A stretch of 64,000 nt of DNA from Gammaproteobacteria bacterium (GCA_026196575.1 JAPHSX010000038.1:2860-66859); one strand, 5' to 3'. Positions 48,938 to 58,458 are shown, counted from the stretch's first letter. Made by a program: numbers and translations. The notes: generated from the sequence alone by a model not told the origin.

Positions 48938-51900
48938 ATGAGTCACTTTCTTGATAGGTTGAAGTTCTTTTCCAAAAACAAGGAGACATTCTCCAATGGT
49001 CATGGTGTTGTCACCATTGAGGACCGTCAGTGGGAGGATGCATATCGTCACCGCTGGCAGCACGACAAGGTGGTGCGTTCCACCCACGGTGTAAACTGTA
49101 CCGGTGGCTGCTCCTGGAAGATCATGATCAAGAACGGCCTGGTGGCGTTCGAGATGCAGCAGACCGACTATCCGCGCACCCGCGCCGATCTGCCGGATCA
49201 TGAGCCGCGTGGCTGCCAGCGTGGCGCCTCCTACTCCTGGTACCTCTACAGCCCGACCCGCATCAAGTACCCGATGATCCGTGGCCGCCTGCTGGATCTC
49301 TACCGCGCCGAGCGCAAGTCCGGCAAGGACCCGGTCGAGGCGTGGACAGCGATTCAGGCCGATGAGGCGAAACGCAAGAAGTATACCGGTGTCCGCGGGC
49401 TGGGCGGCTTCGTGCGGGCCGACTGGGAAGAGGCCAAGGAGATCATTGCCGCGGCCAACGTCTACACCATTAAGAAGTATGGCCCGGATCGTATCTTCGG
49501 CTTTTCGCCCATCCCGGCGATGTCCCAGATCTCCTACGCCTCCGGCGCGCGCTACCTCTCACTGATTGGCGGCGCCTGCGGCTCCTTCTATGACTGGTAC
49601 TGCGACCTGCCGGCCGCCTCGCCGCAAACCTGGGGTGAGCAGACCGACGTGCCGGAATCGGCCGACTGGTACAACTCCACCTACATTATCGTCTGCGGCT
49701 CCAGCCTGCCGACCACCCGTACCCCCGATGCCCACTTCGTCTCCGAGGTGCGCTACAAGGGTGCCAAGGTGATCTCAATGGCCCCCGACTACGCCGAGTT
49801 CTGCAAGGCCTCCGACCTGTGGATGCCGGTCAACCCCGGTTCCGACACCGCCGCCTTCCTGGCGATGGGCCATGTGGCACTGAAAGAGTACTACATCGAC
49901 AAACAGGATCCCTACTTCCAGGAGTATGCCCGCAAGTACACCGACCTGCCGGTGCAGGTAATGCTGCGCAAGCATGGCGACGGCTACGTCTCCGATCGCT
50001 GCCTGCGTGCCTCCGACTTTGCCGGCAATCTGGGCGAGAGCAACAATCCCGAGTGGAAGACCATTGTCTTTGATGCCAAGAGCAAGACCTTCGTCGCGCC
50101 GAACGGCTCCATCGGTTTCCGCTGGGGTGAGGAGGGCAAGTGGAACCTGCTGCCGAAGAATGCGGCCACTCAGGGGGAGATTGAGGCCGAACTGACCTGT
50201 ATCGAGGGCAAGGATGAGGTGGTCTCCGTCGGCTTCCCGCACTTCGAGCCGGGTGAGGGCGATCTGCTCTACCGTAACGTCCCCGCCCGTAAGCTGAAGC
50301 TGGCCAGCGGTGAAGAGGCGCTGGTCACCTCCGTGTTCGACATGCAGGTGGCGCAGTACGGTATCGACCGTGGCCTGGGCGGCGCCAACGTGGCCAAGGA
50401 CTACAACGACGCCAACGTCGCCTACACCCCGGCCTGGGCCGCGAAGGTCACCGGCGTCAAGGCCGCCGACCTGGAGCGTACCGGTCGCGAGTTCGCCTAC
50501 AACGCCTCCAAAACCAACGGCAAGTCGATGGTGATCATGGGCGCGGCGATCAACCACTGGTATCACAACGATATGATGTATCGTGGCGTCATGAACCTGC
50601 TGCACATGTGCGGTTGCGTCGGTCAGTCCGGCGGCGGCTGGGCACACTATGTAGGCCAGGAAAAGCTGCGTCCGCAGGCCGGTTGGGCACCCATCGCCTT
50701 CGCGCTGGACTGGCAGCGCCCGCCGCGTCACATGAACTCCACCTCCTACTGGTATTTCCATACCGATCAGTGGCGGTACGAGACGCTGCGTGGCGACGAC
50801 CTCACCTCGCCCGCTGGCAAGGGCAAGTACAAGGGCTACTCGCTGGCCGACTACAACGTCGCCGCCGTGCGTATGGGCTGGTTGCCCTCCGCGCCGCACT
50901 GGAACACCAACCCGCTCGACCTGGTTGCCGAGGCCGAGGCGGCCGGTGCCACCGACGAGGCTGGCGTTGCCAAGCACGTCATCGGCAAGCTCAAGGACGG
51001 CTCACTGGATGTCGCCTTCGCCGACCCGGACAACCCGGTCAACTGGCCGCGTAACCTCTTTGTCTGGCGCGCCAACCTTATCGGCACCTCCGCCAAGGGG
51101 CATGAGTACTTCCTCAAGCACCTGCTCGGCGCGCAAAACGGCGTACTGCAGGAGTCGGGTGACGGGCGTGAGAACAAGCTGGTCAAGTGGCATGACGAGG
51201 CACCCATTGGCAAGCTCGACCTGATGGTCGACGTCAACTTCCGCCTCAACTCGACCGGTGCCTACTCCGACATCATTCTGCCGACCGCCACCTGGTACGA
51301 GAAGAATGACCTCAACACCACCGACATGCATCCCTTTATGCATCCGTTGTCCGAGGCGGTCTCACCGGGCTGGCAGTCGATGTCCGACTGGCAGATCTTC
51401 AAGAACATCGCCAAGACCTTCTCCACCCTGGCGGAGAAGCACCTCGGCACCCGCAAGGACCTTGTCGCCCTGCCGATGCAGCACGACTCGGCGTTCGAAA
51501 TGGCACAGCCCTTCGGAGAGGTCAAGGACTGGAAAAAAGGCGAATGCGATCCGGTTCCCGGCAAGACCATGCCGCTGCTCAAGGTGGTCGAGCGCAACTT
51601 TGCCGACACCTACAAGAAGTACATCGCCATCGGCCCGCTGATGGTCAAGCTGGGCAACAACGTCAAGGGTCTCGACTGGAACACCGAGGAAGAGTACGAG
51701 CAGCTCAAGGTGGTGAACGGCACGGTCAAGGAGCAGGGCGTCTCCCAGGGCATGCCCTCACTGGAGGAGGATATCTTTGTCTGTGACTCCATCATGCGGA
51801 TGGCGCCGGAGACCTGCGGCGAGGTGGCCCACAAGTCGTGGAGCGCGCTCTCCAAGAAGACCGGCATCGATCACCACCATCTTTATGCCGCCCGTCACGA

Positions 51901-52693
51901 GGACAAGATCACCTTCCGCGACATACAGGTACAGCCGCGCAAGATCATTACCGCGCCGACCTGGTCGGGTATCGAGTCCGAGACGGTCTCCTACACCTCG
52001 GGTTACACCAACATCCATGAGCACATTCCGTTCCGTACCCTGACCGGACGTGCCCACTTCTATCAGGATCACGAGTGGATGCTCGACTTTGGTGAGGGCT
52101 TCTGCGTGCACAAGCCGCCGCAGGATATGAAGTCGTTCGGCAATCTCTCGCCGAGCATCAGCCAGGGCAAGCACATCAAGCTGAAGTGGATCACGCCGCA
52201 CTCCAAGTGGGGTATTCACTCCAGCTACCAGGACAACCTGCGCATGCTGACCCTGTTCCGTGGCGGCCCCTATGTCTGGATCTCCGAGGTGGACGCCAAG
52301 GCGGCCGGTATCGAGGACAACGACTGGGTCGAGGCGGTCAACGCCAACGGTTCGACGATTGCGCGTGCGGTGGTTTCGCAGCGTGTATCGCGCGGCATGG
52401 CGCTGATGTATCACGCCCAGGAGAAGATTGTGAACGTGCCCGGTTCGAATACCACCGGCAAGCGTGGCGGTATTCTCAACTCCGTGACCCGCGTCGTCAT
52501 CAAGCCGACCAACATGATCGGTGGCTATGTGCAGCTGGCCTACAGCTTCAACTACTACGGCACGGTGGGTTGCAACCGCGATACCGAGATCATCATGCGC
52601 AAAGTGGCGGACAAGGATATCGACTGGCTGGAGCGTCCGCTTACCGCGGAACGCGAGGCGCAGCTCAATCCGCCCGGAATCGGCAAGCGTTGA
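48938..52693 (+). CDS. narG: Respiratory nitrate reductase alpha subunit NarG
   Basis: In-frame ATG at 48938 (MSHFLDRLKFF...). FS0 cluster motif HGVNCTGGCSWK. About 1251 aa molybdopterin enzyme. Confidence 0.97.
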   Translation: MSHFLDRLKFFSKNKETFSNGHGVVTIEDRQWEDAYRHRWQHDKVVRSTHGVNCTGGCSWKIMIKNGLVAFEMQQTDYPRTRADLPDHEPRGCQRGASYSWYLYSPTRIKYPMIRGRLLDLYRAERKSGKDPVEAWTAIQADEAKRKKYTGVRGLGGFVRADWEEAKEIIAAANVYTIKKYGPDRIFGFSPIPAMSQISYASGARYLSLIGGACGSFYDWYCDLPAASPQTWGEQTDVPESADWYNSTYIIVCGSSLPTTRTPDAHFVSEVRYKGAKVISMAPDYAEFCKASDLWMPVNPGSDTAAFLAMGHVALKEYYIDKQDPYFQEYARKYTDLPVQVMLRKHGDGYVSDRCLRASDFAGNLGESNNPEWKTIVFDAKSKTFVAPNGSIGFRWGEEGKWNLLPKNAATQGEIEAELTCIEGKDEVVSVGFPHFEPGEGDLLYRNVPARKLKLASGEEALVTSVFDMQVAQYGIDRGLGGANVAKDYNDANVAYTPAWAAKVTGVKAADLERTGREFAYNASKTNGKSMVIMGAAINHWYHNDMMYRGVMNLLHMCGCVGQSGGGWAHYVGQEKLRPQAGWAPIAFALDWQRPPRHMNSTSYWYFHTDQWRYETLRGDDLTSPAGKGKYKGYSLADYNVAAVRMGWLPSAPHWNTNPLDLVAEAEAAGATDEAGVAKHVIGKLKDGSLDVAFADPDNPVNWPRNLFVWRANLIGTSAKGHEYFLKHLLGAQNGVLQESGDGRENKLVKWHDEAPIGKLDLMVDVNFRLNSTGAYSDIILPTATWYEKNDLNTTDMHPFMHPLSEAVSPGWQSMSDWQIFKNIAKTFSTLAEKHLGTRKDLVALPMQHDSAFEMAQPFGEVKDWKKGECDPVPGKTMPLLKVVERNFADTYKKYIAIGPLMVKLGNNVKGLDWNTEEEYEQLKVVNGTVKEQGVSQGMPSLEEDIFVCDSIMRMAPETCGEVAHKSWSALSKKTGIDHHHLYAARHEDKITFRDIQVQPRKIITAPTWSGIESETVSYTSGYTNIHEHIPFRTLTGRAHFYQDHEWMLDFGEGFCVHKPPQDMKSFGNLSPSISQGKHIKLKWITPHSKWGIHSSYQDNLRMLTLFRGGPYVWISEVDAKAAGIEDNDWVEAVNANGSTIARAVVSQRVSRGMALMYHAQEKIVNVPGSNTTGKRGGILNSVTRVVIKPTNMIGGYVQLAYSFNYYGTVGCNRDTEIIMRKVADKDIDWLERPLTAEREAQLNPPGIGKR

Positions 52694-52727
52694 TCGTCGT
52701 GTGAACAGGATAAATTAGGAGAAACCT

Positions 52728-54275
52728 ATGAAAGTACGTGCACAATTCGCCTTTGTCTTTAACCTGGACAAATGTATCGGTTGCCACACCTGCTCGGTAA
52801 CGTGCAAGAACACCTGGACCAACCGCAAGGGCGTGGAATACGTCTGGTTCAACAACGTCGAGTCCAAGCCCGGTATCGGTTATCCCAAGAACTGGGAGGA
52901 TCAGGATAAGTGGAATGGCGGCTGGGTACTGAATAACGGCAAGCTGGAGCTCAAATCCGGCGGCCGTATGTCGAAGCTGCTGAACATCTTCGCCAACCCC
53001 GATCTGCCGCAGATCGACGACTACTATGAGCCCTTCACCTACAACTACGCGCGCCTGCAAAACGCGCCGTTGTCCGAGGCGGCGCCGACCGCACGGCCGT
53101 TGTCGATGATCACCGGTGATCCCATTGAGAAGATCACCTGGGGCCCGAACTGGGAAGACGATCTGGCGGGCGAGTTCGCCAAGCGTGGCAAGGACAAGAA
53201 TCTGGACAACATCCAGAAGGAGGTGCTGGGGCAGTTCGAGAACACCTTTAACCTCTACCTGCCGCGTATCTGTAACCACTGCATGAACCCGGCCTGCGTC
53301 GCCGCCTGCCCCTCCGGTTCGCTCTACAAGCGCGAAGAGGACGGCATCGTGCTGGTGGATCAGGACAAGTGCCGCGGCTGGCGCTTCTGCATGAGTGCCT
53401 GCCCCTACAAGAAGGTCTTCTACAACTGGGAGTCAGGCAAGGCAGAGAAGTGTATCGCCTGTTACCCGCGCGTTGAGTCCGGCATGCCGACGGTCTGTTC
53501 AGAGTCGTGTGTCGGCCGCATCCGCTACAACGGCATCATGCTCTACGATGCCGACAAGATCGAAGCCTTGGCCAGCACCCAGAACGAGCAGGATCTGTAC
53601 GAGGCACAGTGCAGCATCTTCCTCGACCCCAACGACCCGGAGGTGATTGCCGCGGCCCGGGCCGAGGGGATCAACGAGGACTGGATCATTGCCGCGCAGA
53701 AGTCGCCCATCTACAAGATGGCCATCGACTGGAAGATCGCCTTCCCGCTGCACCCGGAGTTCCGCACCCTGCCGATGGTCTGGTATGTGCCGCCGCTCTC
53801 GCCGGTGCAGTCGCAGATCGACCAGGGCAACCTGCCGGTCGGACCGGATGGCGCCATCCCCCTGGCCAGCGCACTGCGTACCCCGACCAAGTACCTGGCT
53901 AACCTCTTCACCGCCGGCAAGGAGGCGCCGGTAGTGAGCGCAATGAACCGTCTCATCGCCATGCGCAGCTACCAGCGCTCGGTGCATGTCGAAGGCGTTG
54001 CGGATACTCGCGCCCTGGAGGCGGCCGGGATCACCGAGGAGCAGGCCAAGGAGATGTACCGTTACCTGGCGATTGCCAACTACGAAGATCGTTATGTCAT
54101 CCCCACCAGCCATGAAGAGGAGCGGCTGGAAGATGCCTACGGCTTCCAGGGACAGAACGGCTACACCTTCGGCAATGACTCGGCGGCAGGCATCAGCAAG
54201 GTCAGCCTCTTCCCGCGTCGTCGCAAGGAGACGCTGGAGCCTGCTGAGCTGGCGCCACCGGCGGACAAAAAGTAG
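52728..54275 (+). CDS. narH: Respiratory nitrate reductase beta subunit NarH
   Basis: Four ferredoxin-type Cys groups (CIGCHTCSVTCK, CNHCMNPACVAACP, CRGWRFCMSACP, CIACYPRVE...CSESCVGRIRY). Confidence 0.97.
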   Translation: MKVRAQFAFVFNLDKCIGCHTCSVTCKNTWTNRKGVEYVWFNNVESKPGIGYPKNWEDQDKWNGGWVLNNGKLELKSGGRMSKLLNIFANPDLPQIDDYYEPFTYNYARLQNAPLSEAAPTARPLSMITGDPIEKITWGPNWEDDLAGEFAKRGKDKNLDNIQKEVLGQFENTFNLYLPRICNHCMNPACVAACPSGSLYKREEDGIVLVDQDKCRGWRFCMSACPYKKVFYNWESGKAEKCIACYPRVESGMPTVCSESCVGRIRYNGIMLYDADKIEALASTQNEQDLYEAQCSIFLDPNDPEVIAAARAEGINEDWIIAAQKSPIYKMAIDWKIAFPLHPEFRTLPMVWYVPPLSPVQSQIDQGNLPVGPDGAIPLASALRTPTKYLANLFTAGKEAPVVSAMNRLIAMRSYQRSVHVEGVADTRALEAAGITEEQAKEMYRYLAIANYEDRYVIPTSHEEERLEDAYGFQGQNGYTFGNDSAAGISKVSLFPRRRKETLEPAELAPPADKK

Positions 54276-54286
54276 AGGTGTCGCGC

Positions 54287-54811
54287 ATGTCCATCTATAA
54301 AATATTGTCCGCGCTGCTCGATTATCCGGATCAGGAGTTGATTGACAATCTGCCTGCGATCCGCGACGAAATCGACAAATGCGCGGATGTGGAGGCGGCA
54401 GAGAGGGAGTCCTTACAGCCACTGCTGGAGCGACTGGCGGCCACGCCGCTACTCGAGCTGCAGGAGGCGTATGTAAAGACTTTCGATCTGACGCCGGAGC
54501 ATAGCTTGCACCTGACGCATCACCTCTTCGGTGATGAAAACGACAGAAATCGCGGGCCCGCACTGATCGATTTGGGCGAGTTGTACAAGGATTACGGCAT
54601 TAGCACGACGACCAACGAGTTGCCCGACTATCTGCCGATGATCCTGGAGTTCGCCGCCTTGTTGGAGGGCAACGAGGCGACGACATTCCTGTCCGATGCC
54701 AAAAAGGTGCTGACGGTGCTGGCTGACAACCTGAAAAAGGCTGAAAGTCCCTACGCACCGCTGCTGTCCATAGTTAAAAGCCGCGCCACACTGACCCGTC
54801 TGGCCGCTTAA
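54287..54811 (+). CDS. narJ: Nitrate reductase assembly chaperone NarJ
   Basis: AGAGG 8 nt before ATG 54287. MSIYKILSALLDYPDQEL..., in the position between narH and narI. Confidence 0.9.
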   Translation: MSIYKILSALLDYPDQELIDNLPAIRDEIDKCADVEAAERESLQPLLERLAATPLLELQEAYVKTFDLTPEHSLHLTHHLFGDENDRNRGPALIDLGELYKDYGISTTTNELPDYLPMILEFAALLEGNEATTFLSDAKKVLTVLADNLKKAESPYAPLLSIVKSRATLTRLAA

Positions 54812-54822
54812 GGAGGTATGAA

Positions 54823-55530
54823 ATGAGTGAATCTATCTACAGTTGGAACAACCTGCTTTTTGGTATTTACCCCTACCTCTGCCTGAGCGTCTTCGTGATC
54901 GGCAGCTGGATGCGTTTTGACCGTGAGCAATATGGCTGGACCAGTGCGTCGAGTCAGCTGCTTTCCAACTCGGGGATGCGTCTTGCCAGCAACCTGTTTC
55001 ACATCGGTGTGATCGGTATCTTCTTCGGTCACCTGGTAGGCCTGCTGGCACCGTACGCCATTTGGGGAACCATCGGTCTCTCCTCACTGGGTAAGCAGAA
55101 CATCGCCATGTACGGTGGTGGTTTCCTCGGCATCCTCTGCCTTATTGGCGGGGCGATGCTGTTGTGGCGCCGCCTGACCAATCCGCGCATATTGGCCACC
55201 AGCCGCAAGTCGGACATCTTCATCCTGATTTGGGTGTTGATCACGCTGACGTTTGGTCTGGCCACCACCTTCACCACCGCGCACCACGCCTCGCTGGGCA
55301 GTGCCGACACCATGATGGCGATGGCACAGTGGGCCAAGAGCATCGTGCTGTTCAGCCCGAAGCCGGAACTGGTGGCCAATGTGGAGATGGTCTTCCGTAT
55401 CCACCTGACCTTCGGTCTGACGCTGTTCCTGCTCTTCCCGTTCACCCGTCTGGTGCACATCTGGAGCTTCCCGATCGGGTATCTGAACCGCTCCTACCAG
55501 ATCGTGCGTACCAAGCGTCGTACCGCGTAA
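54823..55530 (+). CDS. narI: Respiratory nitrate reductase gamma subunit NarI (dihaem b)
   Basis: Five TM segments with conserved His in TM2/TM5 regions (NLFHIG, RIHLTFG...LVHIWS). Confidence 0.93.
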   Translation: MSESIYSWNNLLFGIYPYLCLSVFVIGSWMRFDREQYGWTSASSQLLSNSGMRLASNLFHIGVIGIFFGHLVGLLAPYAIWGTIGLSSLGKQNIAMYGGGFLGILCLIGGAMLLWRRLTNPRILATSRKSDIFILIWVLITLTFGLATTFTTAHHASLGSADTMMAMAQWAKSIVLFSPKPELVANVEMVFRIHLTFGLTLFLLFPFTRLVHIWSFPIGYLNRSYQIVRTKRRTA

Positions 55531-55549
55531 GCAGCATCCGCTGAACCTG

Positions 55550-55588
55550 GCTGCCACCTCTTCCTGGTGGCAGCTACTACCCATTTTT
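55550..55588 (+). terminator. Hairpin after narI (weak or partial terminator)
   Basis: GCTGCCACC-tcttcct-GGTGGCAGC 9-bp stem. The T-run (ATTTTT) begins only about 10 nt later. Confidence 0.35.
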
Positions 55589-55654
55589 CCCGTAGCGCAA
55601 TGACTGATCTCAATGCCAGTATAAGCCTGCCCAAACTTCGCAGAGGGTGTCAGC

Positions 55655-56065
55655 ATGTTACGTAAGCTCAGCTGGTTGGTGCTGGTACTTGCCGTCGGTA
55701 TGGGGGTACATCTTGCGATACAGGACATCATCCATAGCGGTGACCCGGAAAACCTGAAGGGCCCGGATCTGGCCAAGATTGAGCGGCTGGAGGCCGAGGA
55801 TCCGGTGCATGGCGCCAAGGTGCGTGCCGGCATGGAGAAGTACGAGTCGATCTGCCGCCTGTGTCACCACCGTACCGGGCATGGGGGAAAATTTACCCCG
55901 TCCATTGCCGGCAGGAGCGCGGCGCAGGTTGAATTTCTGCTGAAGTTATACCGCAGTGGCACCCAGATGGGGCCCTTGACCAATCTGATGGCGCCGTGGG
56001 CGGCCGAGCTGACCGATGAGGAGATCAGCAACCTGGCGGCCTATGTGGAGACCTTTCAGGGGTGA
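55655..56065 (+). CDS. Monohaem class I c-type cytochrome (membrane-anchored or signal-anchored)
   Basis: N-terminal hydrophobic segment, a single CRLCHH haem site, and an MGPLTNLMAPW region (Met ligand candidate). Confidence 0.8.
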   Translation: MLRKLSWLVLVLAVGMGVHLAIQDIIHSGDPENLKGPDLAKIERLEAEDPVHGAKVRAGMEKYESICRLCHHRTGHGGKFTPSIAGRSAAQVEFLLKLYRSGTQMGPLTNLMAPWAAELTDEEISNLAAYVETFQG

Positions 56066-56175
56066 TGCCGGATGGTGGCATAACGCCATGGAGGGGTGCG
56101 GCTGGTGGTTGCCAGCCGCTCCCTTTTTATTCAGAATACTTTTCGAATATTAGATACTAGCGATGGAGGTGAACG

Positions 56176-56541
56176 GTGCTGCGTGAATCCAGTGTCCATA
56201 ATGAGATGCTTCTTGATGTTAATGGCAAGCAGATACGAACCGATAAAGAGGGCTATATCATCAATATCGATGAGTGGACCGAGGATTATGCCATTGCCCT
56301 GGCCGAAGTAGAGGGGCTGGAGCTGACCGATGAACATTGGCAGGTGATCCACTACATTCGGGACTATTTCGAGGATCACCGCGTGCAGGTTCAGGTACGC
56401 GAAATGATTAAGCACTTCAAGAAGGCGTGGGGGCCGGAGCGCGGCAACAACCACTATCTGCACGACATCTTTCCCAAGGGTGGACCGCAGAAACAGGGCA
56501 ACCGTTTTGCCGGAATCCACCGCACCCGCGGCGAGCATTAA
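56176..56541 (+). CDS. DsrC/TusE-family protein lacking both conserved C-terminal cysteines
   Basis: GGAGG 6 nt before GTG 56176. ...DVNGKQIRTDKEGYIINIDEWTEDYAIALAE.EGLELTDEHWQVIHYIRDYFE... is the DsrC/TusE fold pattern. The tail reads GNRFAGIHRTRGEH* where DsrC has ACRFAGLPKPTGCV. Confidence 0.85.
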   Translation: MLRESSVHNEMLLDVNGKQIRTDKEGYIINIDEWTEDYAIALAEVEGLELTDEHWQVIHYIRDYFEDHRVQVQVREMIKHFKKAWGPERGNNHYLHDIFPKGGPQKQGNRFAGIHRTRGEH

Positions 56542-56554
56542 AAGGCAGGTTGCA

Positions 56555-56582
56555 GGTAACCGGTAACAGGTAACCGATAACA
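56555..56582. repeat. Heptanucleotide tandem array, 4 copies (GGTAACC GGTAACA GGTAACC GATAACA)
   Basis: Read directly. Starts 14 nt after the dsrC-like stop codon. Confidence 0.85.
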
Positions 56583-56633
56583 GGGGGGCGCTCTGCGACC
56601 GTGAAGAGGGCGGCCCCGGAAGGTTACCCGTTA

Positions 56634-56675
56634 CCAGCAACCAGCAACCAGCAACCAGCAACCAGCAACCAGCAA
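56634..56675. repeat. Perfect heptanucleotide tandem array, 6 x CCAGCAA
   Basis: 42 nt. Confirmed by the ORF-track peptides PATSNQQPATSNQQ (+) and VAGCWLLVAGCWLL (-), which cross it. Confidence 0.9.
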
Positions 56676-56704
56676 CTACCTCACCATCCACACACCTTGA
56701 TACA

Positions 56705-56737
56705 CTCCGTGACAGGATCACCTGTCGCTACACGGAG
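56705..56737 (+). promoter_or_regulatory. Interrupted hairpin in the rmuC leader that includes the likely SD
   Basis: CTCCGTG-ACAGG-atca-CCTGT-cgcta-CACGGAG. The GGAG at 56734-56737 lies 5 nt before the rmuC ATG (56743). Confidence 0.4.
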
Positions 56738-56742
56738 TCACC

Positions 56743-58278
56743 ATGCTGTCAGAGCTGTTGGAACACCCCTGGGCGTTGCCCACCCTTATCGCCCTGCTCA
56801 GTGCCGCCGTCGCCTGGCTGCTGGCGCTGCTTCTTGCCGCCCGTGGTCGCAAGCCGCTGGAGCAGGCGTTGGCGGTATTGCAGGAGAAGGAGGCGGGACA
56901 GGCGCGCACGCTGGAGGAGCTACGCGGGCAGCATCGTGCGCTGCAAAACCAGTTGCAGCAGACCACGGTGCAGCGTGATGAGGCGCAGCGCGAGGCCCAT
57001 GCCGGTGTGGCACGTCTGCAGGCGATGGAACAGCGGGTGCAGCAGGCGCGGGATGAGATTGCCGTGCTCAAGGGCGAGGTGAAGGACGAGCAGCAGCGCA
57101 TCGCCGCCCTGCAGTCCGAAAACACCGAACTGCGCACCAGTCAGCGCGAGAAGGAGGAGCATCTGCGCCAGCAGTTCGCCCGTCTGGAGGAGCACGAGCA
57201 GCGGCTCAAGCAGGAGTTCCAGAATCTCGCCCAGCAGATCCTCGAGGAGAAGGGAAAGTCCTTCGACGCCACCAGCAGGCAGTCGATGGATACCCTGCTC
57301 AACCCCTTTCGCACCCAGATCGAGGAGTTCCGCAAGAAGGTTGAGGAGATCCACCACCAGGATACGCAGCAGCAGGGGGCGCTGCGCGCCGAGCTGCAGC
57401 ACCTCAAGGAGCTCAACCGCCAGATCACCGAGGAGGCGCATGAGCTGGCCACCGCGCTCAAGGGGCAGAAGAAGAGCCAGGGCAACTGGGGTGAACTCAT
57501 CCTGGAGAACGTGCTGGAGCGCTCCGGCCTGCGCAAGGAGATCGACTACCGGCGCGAGGTCAGCTTTACCACCGAGGGCGGCCGCGCCCGCCCCGATGTC
57601 ATCGTCTACCTGCCTGACGACAAGCATCTGGTGATCGACGCCAAGGTCTCGCTCAACGCCTATACCCGTTACGTCAACGCCGAGGAGGGGCTGGCGCGCG
57701 AGCAGGCGCTCAAGGAGCACATTGGCGCGCTGGCCGAGCGCATCAGGGAGCTCGCTGATCGCAATTATTTCGAGCTGCCCGGCCTCAATTCCCCCGAGAT
57801 GGTCTTTATGTTCATCCCCATCGAGTCGGCCTTTGTCGAGGCACTCAAGGGCGATGAGACGCTGTTCCAGAAGGCGTTGCAGCAGAACGTGCTGGTCGCC
57901 ACCCCCACCACCCTGCTCACCAGCCTCAATATCGTGCGCCAGTTGTGGCGCTTCGAGGATCAGAACAAACACACCGCCGAGCTGGCTGACAAGGCGGCGA
58001 AGGTCTACGACAAACTGCGCCTCTTTGTCGAGAGCATGGATGAGGTCGGCAGCGCCCTCGACAAGGCGCGAGAGAGTTACATTAACGCCTACAGCCGTCT
58101 CTACAGCGGCCGCGGTAATCTCATCAAACAGGCCAGCGAGTTCAAGAAACTCGGTGTCGCGGTCAAGGCGGAGCTGCCGCGCCGCCTGCTGGCGAAGGGA
58201 GAGCTGGAGTTAAGCCATCCGCCTGAAGTGGCGGAGGACGCATGCGGTGACGAGGACGGCGAGGGCCATGTGGAATAG
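56743..58278 (+). CDS. rmuC: DNA recombination protein RmuC
   Basis: N-terminal TM, long coiled coil, and a C-terminal RmuC nuclease-like domain (GNWGELILENVLE..GL...DY........RPDVIVYLP....LVIDAKVSL.AY). Confidence 0.92.
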   Translation: MLSELLEHPWALPTLIALLSAAVAWLLALLLAARGRKPLEQALAVLQEKEAGQARTLEELRGQHRALQNQLQQTTVQRDEAQREAHAGVARLQAMEQRVQQARDEIAVLKGEVKDEQQRIAALQSENTELRTSQREKEEHLRQQFARLEEHEQRLKQEFQNLAQQILEEKGKSFDATSRQSMDTLLNPFRTQIEEFRKKVEEIHHQDTQQQGALRAELQHLKELNRQITEEAHELATALKGQKKSQGNWGELILENVLERSGLRKEIDYRREVSFTTEGGRARPDVIVYLPDDKHLVIDAKVSLNAYTRYVNAEEGLAREQALKEHIGALAERIRELADRNYFELPGLNSPEMVFMFIPIESAFVEALKGDETLFQKALQQNVLVATPTTLLTSLNIVRQLWRFEDQNKHTAELADKAAKVYDKLRLFVESMDEVGSALDKARESYINAYSRLYSGRGNLIKQASEFKKLGVAVKAELPRRLLAKGELELSHPPEVAEDACGDEDGEGHVE

Positions 58279-58458
58279 AGCGGTGCGTATCCAGCCCTGA
58301 AACCCGGTTGGTATCCCATGTGTGCCCCCGGTACGGTCGCGCTTACAGGGCGTCGCGCCGTCCATGCGACCTCGGGTATACTCATCTCTGCCCACATATG
58401 TACAAATACACTGTTGCCAAAAACAGGGGTTGCCATGGATAACGTTAAGGCCAGTTGA

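Noticed and set aside
56131-56978. ORFs 56131..56721 (-) and 56601..56978 (+), with repeated peptides VAGCWLL and PATSNQQ.
   Set aside because: The repeat peptides are by-products of translating the heptanucleotide arrays. The minus ORF is antisense to the dsrC-like gene, and the plus ORF overlaps the rmuC start out of frame.
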